A stretch of DNA of 64,000 nucleotides, from the IMG/VR virus record IMGVR_UViG_3300030044_000012; one strand, given 5' to 3'. The DNA is from an uncultured virus (IMG/VR IMGVR_UViG_3300030044_000012) (taxonomy: Duplodnaviria > Heunggongvirae > Uroviricota > Caudoviricetes). Made by a program: the position numbers and the translations under genes. Positions 63,388 to 64,000 of the stretch are shown one piece after another; position 1 is the first letter of the stretch; each line of letters opens with the position of its first letter. A model generated the notes under the pieces. It did not search any database. It had not been told where the DNA came from and saw nothing but the letters and a program-made list of their open reading frames with translations.

Positions 63388-64000
63388 CTAAATAAGCCCA
63401 AAGTTTACTTCAAAAGGCCCACGAACTATACGATAGGTGGGGTTGCGTAGTGGAACTGAATAGAGAACAGCTTCATCCTCAGTTGTCTGGCTCAAAGCGT
63501 CCACAATAAACTTGGCAGTTCTACCAAAAATGGTGGACCGAGGCCATGTAGTTGAAGACGCTCCGTGGGGGAAAATTTGGACGTTACTATACTTGTCCCG
63601 GCATACTATGCCGTCCTTGGGGTTCAACTCTACCCTATCCGTATCCCCGGTCAAGTAAGCCACATTGGATAATGAAGAAAGAAGGCGAGAAGCCCGGAAA
63701 CGAGTTAACTCTGTACCCGGCTGTTCATAGACCTTGAGCATCTCAGTTGGGGTTTGATGAGAAGTCATAGCACACACCAATCCCTCTTTTTCCACAACCC
63801 AATACCCTTGGTTGCTAACGAGAAACTCAGCAACTCCTCCGCCAGCGATAAACCTTAGAAAGGACTCACGTGGCTGGAGGACGACTGGCACAGCCTTAAG
63901 CCCCTCCGATGTCCAGATGACTGCCCCACTGATTGTGCTAACCAACAGGCGTCCTTTCTCTAAAAGAGGGGGACTAGAGAGGGTCTTAAACAAGCGAATA
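63388..64000 (-). CDS. Hypothetical protein, 5' end outside the window (possibly sliding-clamp-like)
   Basis: Frame open to the window edge; alternating beta/alpha pattern; replication-gene context only. Confidence 0.5.
   Translation of the reverse strand, partial: IRLFKTLSSPPLLEKGRLLVSTISGAVIWTSEGLKAVPVVLQPRESFLRFIAGGGVAEFLVSNQGYWVVEKEGLVCAMTSHQTPTEMLKVYEQPGTELTRFRASRLLSSLSNVAYLTGDTDRVELNPKDGIVCRDKYSNVQIFPHGASSTTWPRSTIFGRTAKFIVDALSQTTEDEAVLYSVPLRNPTYRIVRGPFEVNFGLI

Noticed and set aside
1..64000. Genome-wide stop-codon reassignment
   Set aside because: Conserved genes are full length in the standard code, and TAG, TGA and TAA all end genes at expected positions (e.g. TAG at 12062 directly before a terminator). 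Only one suspicious internal TAG (8435) was seen.
1..64000. CRISPR array, rRNA or tRNA genes
   Set aside because: No regularly spaced direct repeats and no cloverleaf with a T-loop GTTCRA in the short intergenic gaps. This was judged by eye; tRNAscan-SE would be decisive.

Overview
A gene-dense (roughly 50% GC by eye, standard genetic code) segment of a large, jumbo-type tailed bacteriophage genome. The host is probably diderm (OmpA-like peptidoglycan-binding domain, lipoproteins). Almost all genes are on the minus strand; the plus-strand islands are a GIY-YIG endonuclease, a virion/tail-fibre module (42.4-48.6 kb) and a peptidase/HNH block (50.7-52.9 kb). Recognisable functions: (i) a five-gene envelope module (coiled-coil protein, TM-anchored PspA-like protein, substrate-binding protein fused to an OmpA-like domain, ABC permease, ABC ATPase); (ii) RNA repair and translation support (Thg1-like, Pnk, Rnl1-type ligase, peptide deformylase, stand-alone S4 domain); (iii) nucleotide metabolism (dCMP deaminase, ThyX with a zinc-finger insert, two Nudix, HD, SLOG); (iv) replication/recombination (SNF2 helicase with a class 3 intein, DnaX-like clamp loader, primase, SbcC-like C-terminal half, RdgC-like); (v) transcription (NusG paralog with an AT-hook tail, sigma region-2-like protein). 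At least two recurring promoter classes, many apparently leaderless, can be read from the intergenic DNA. Several genes look recently broken. No tRNA, rRNA or CRISPR array was seen. All family calls come from motif recognition by eye, not from database searches.
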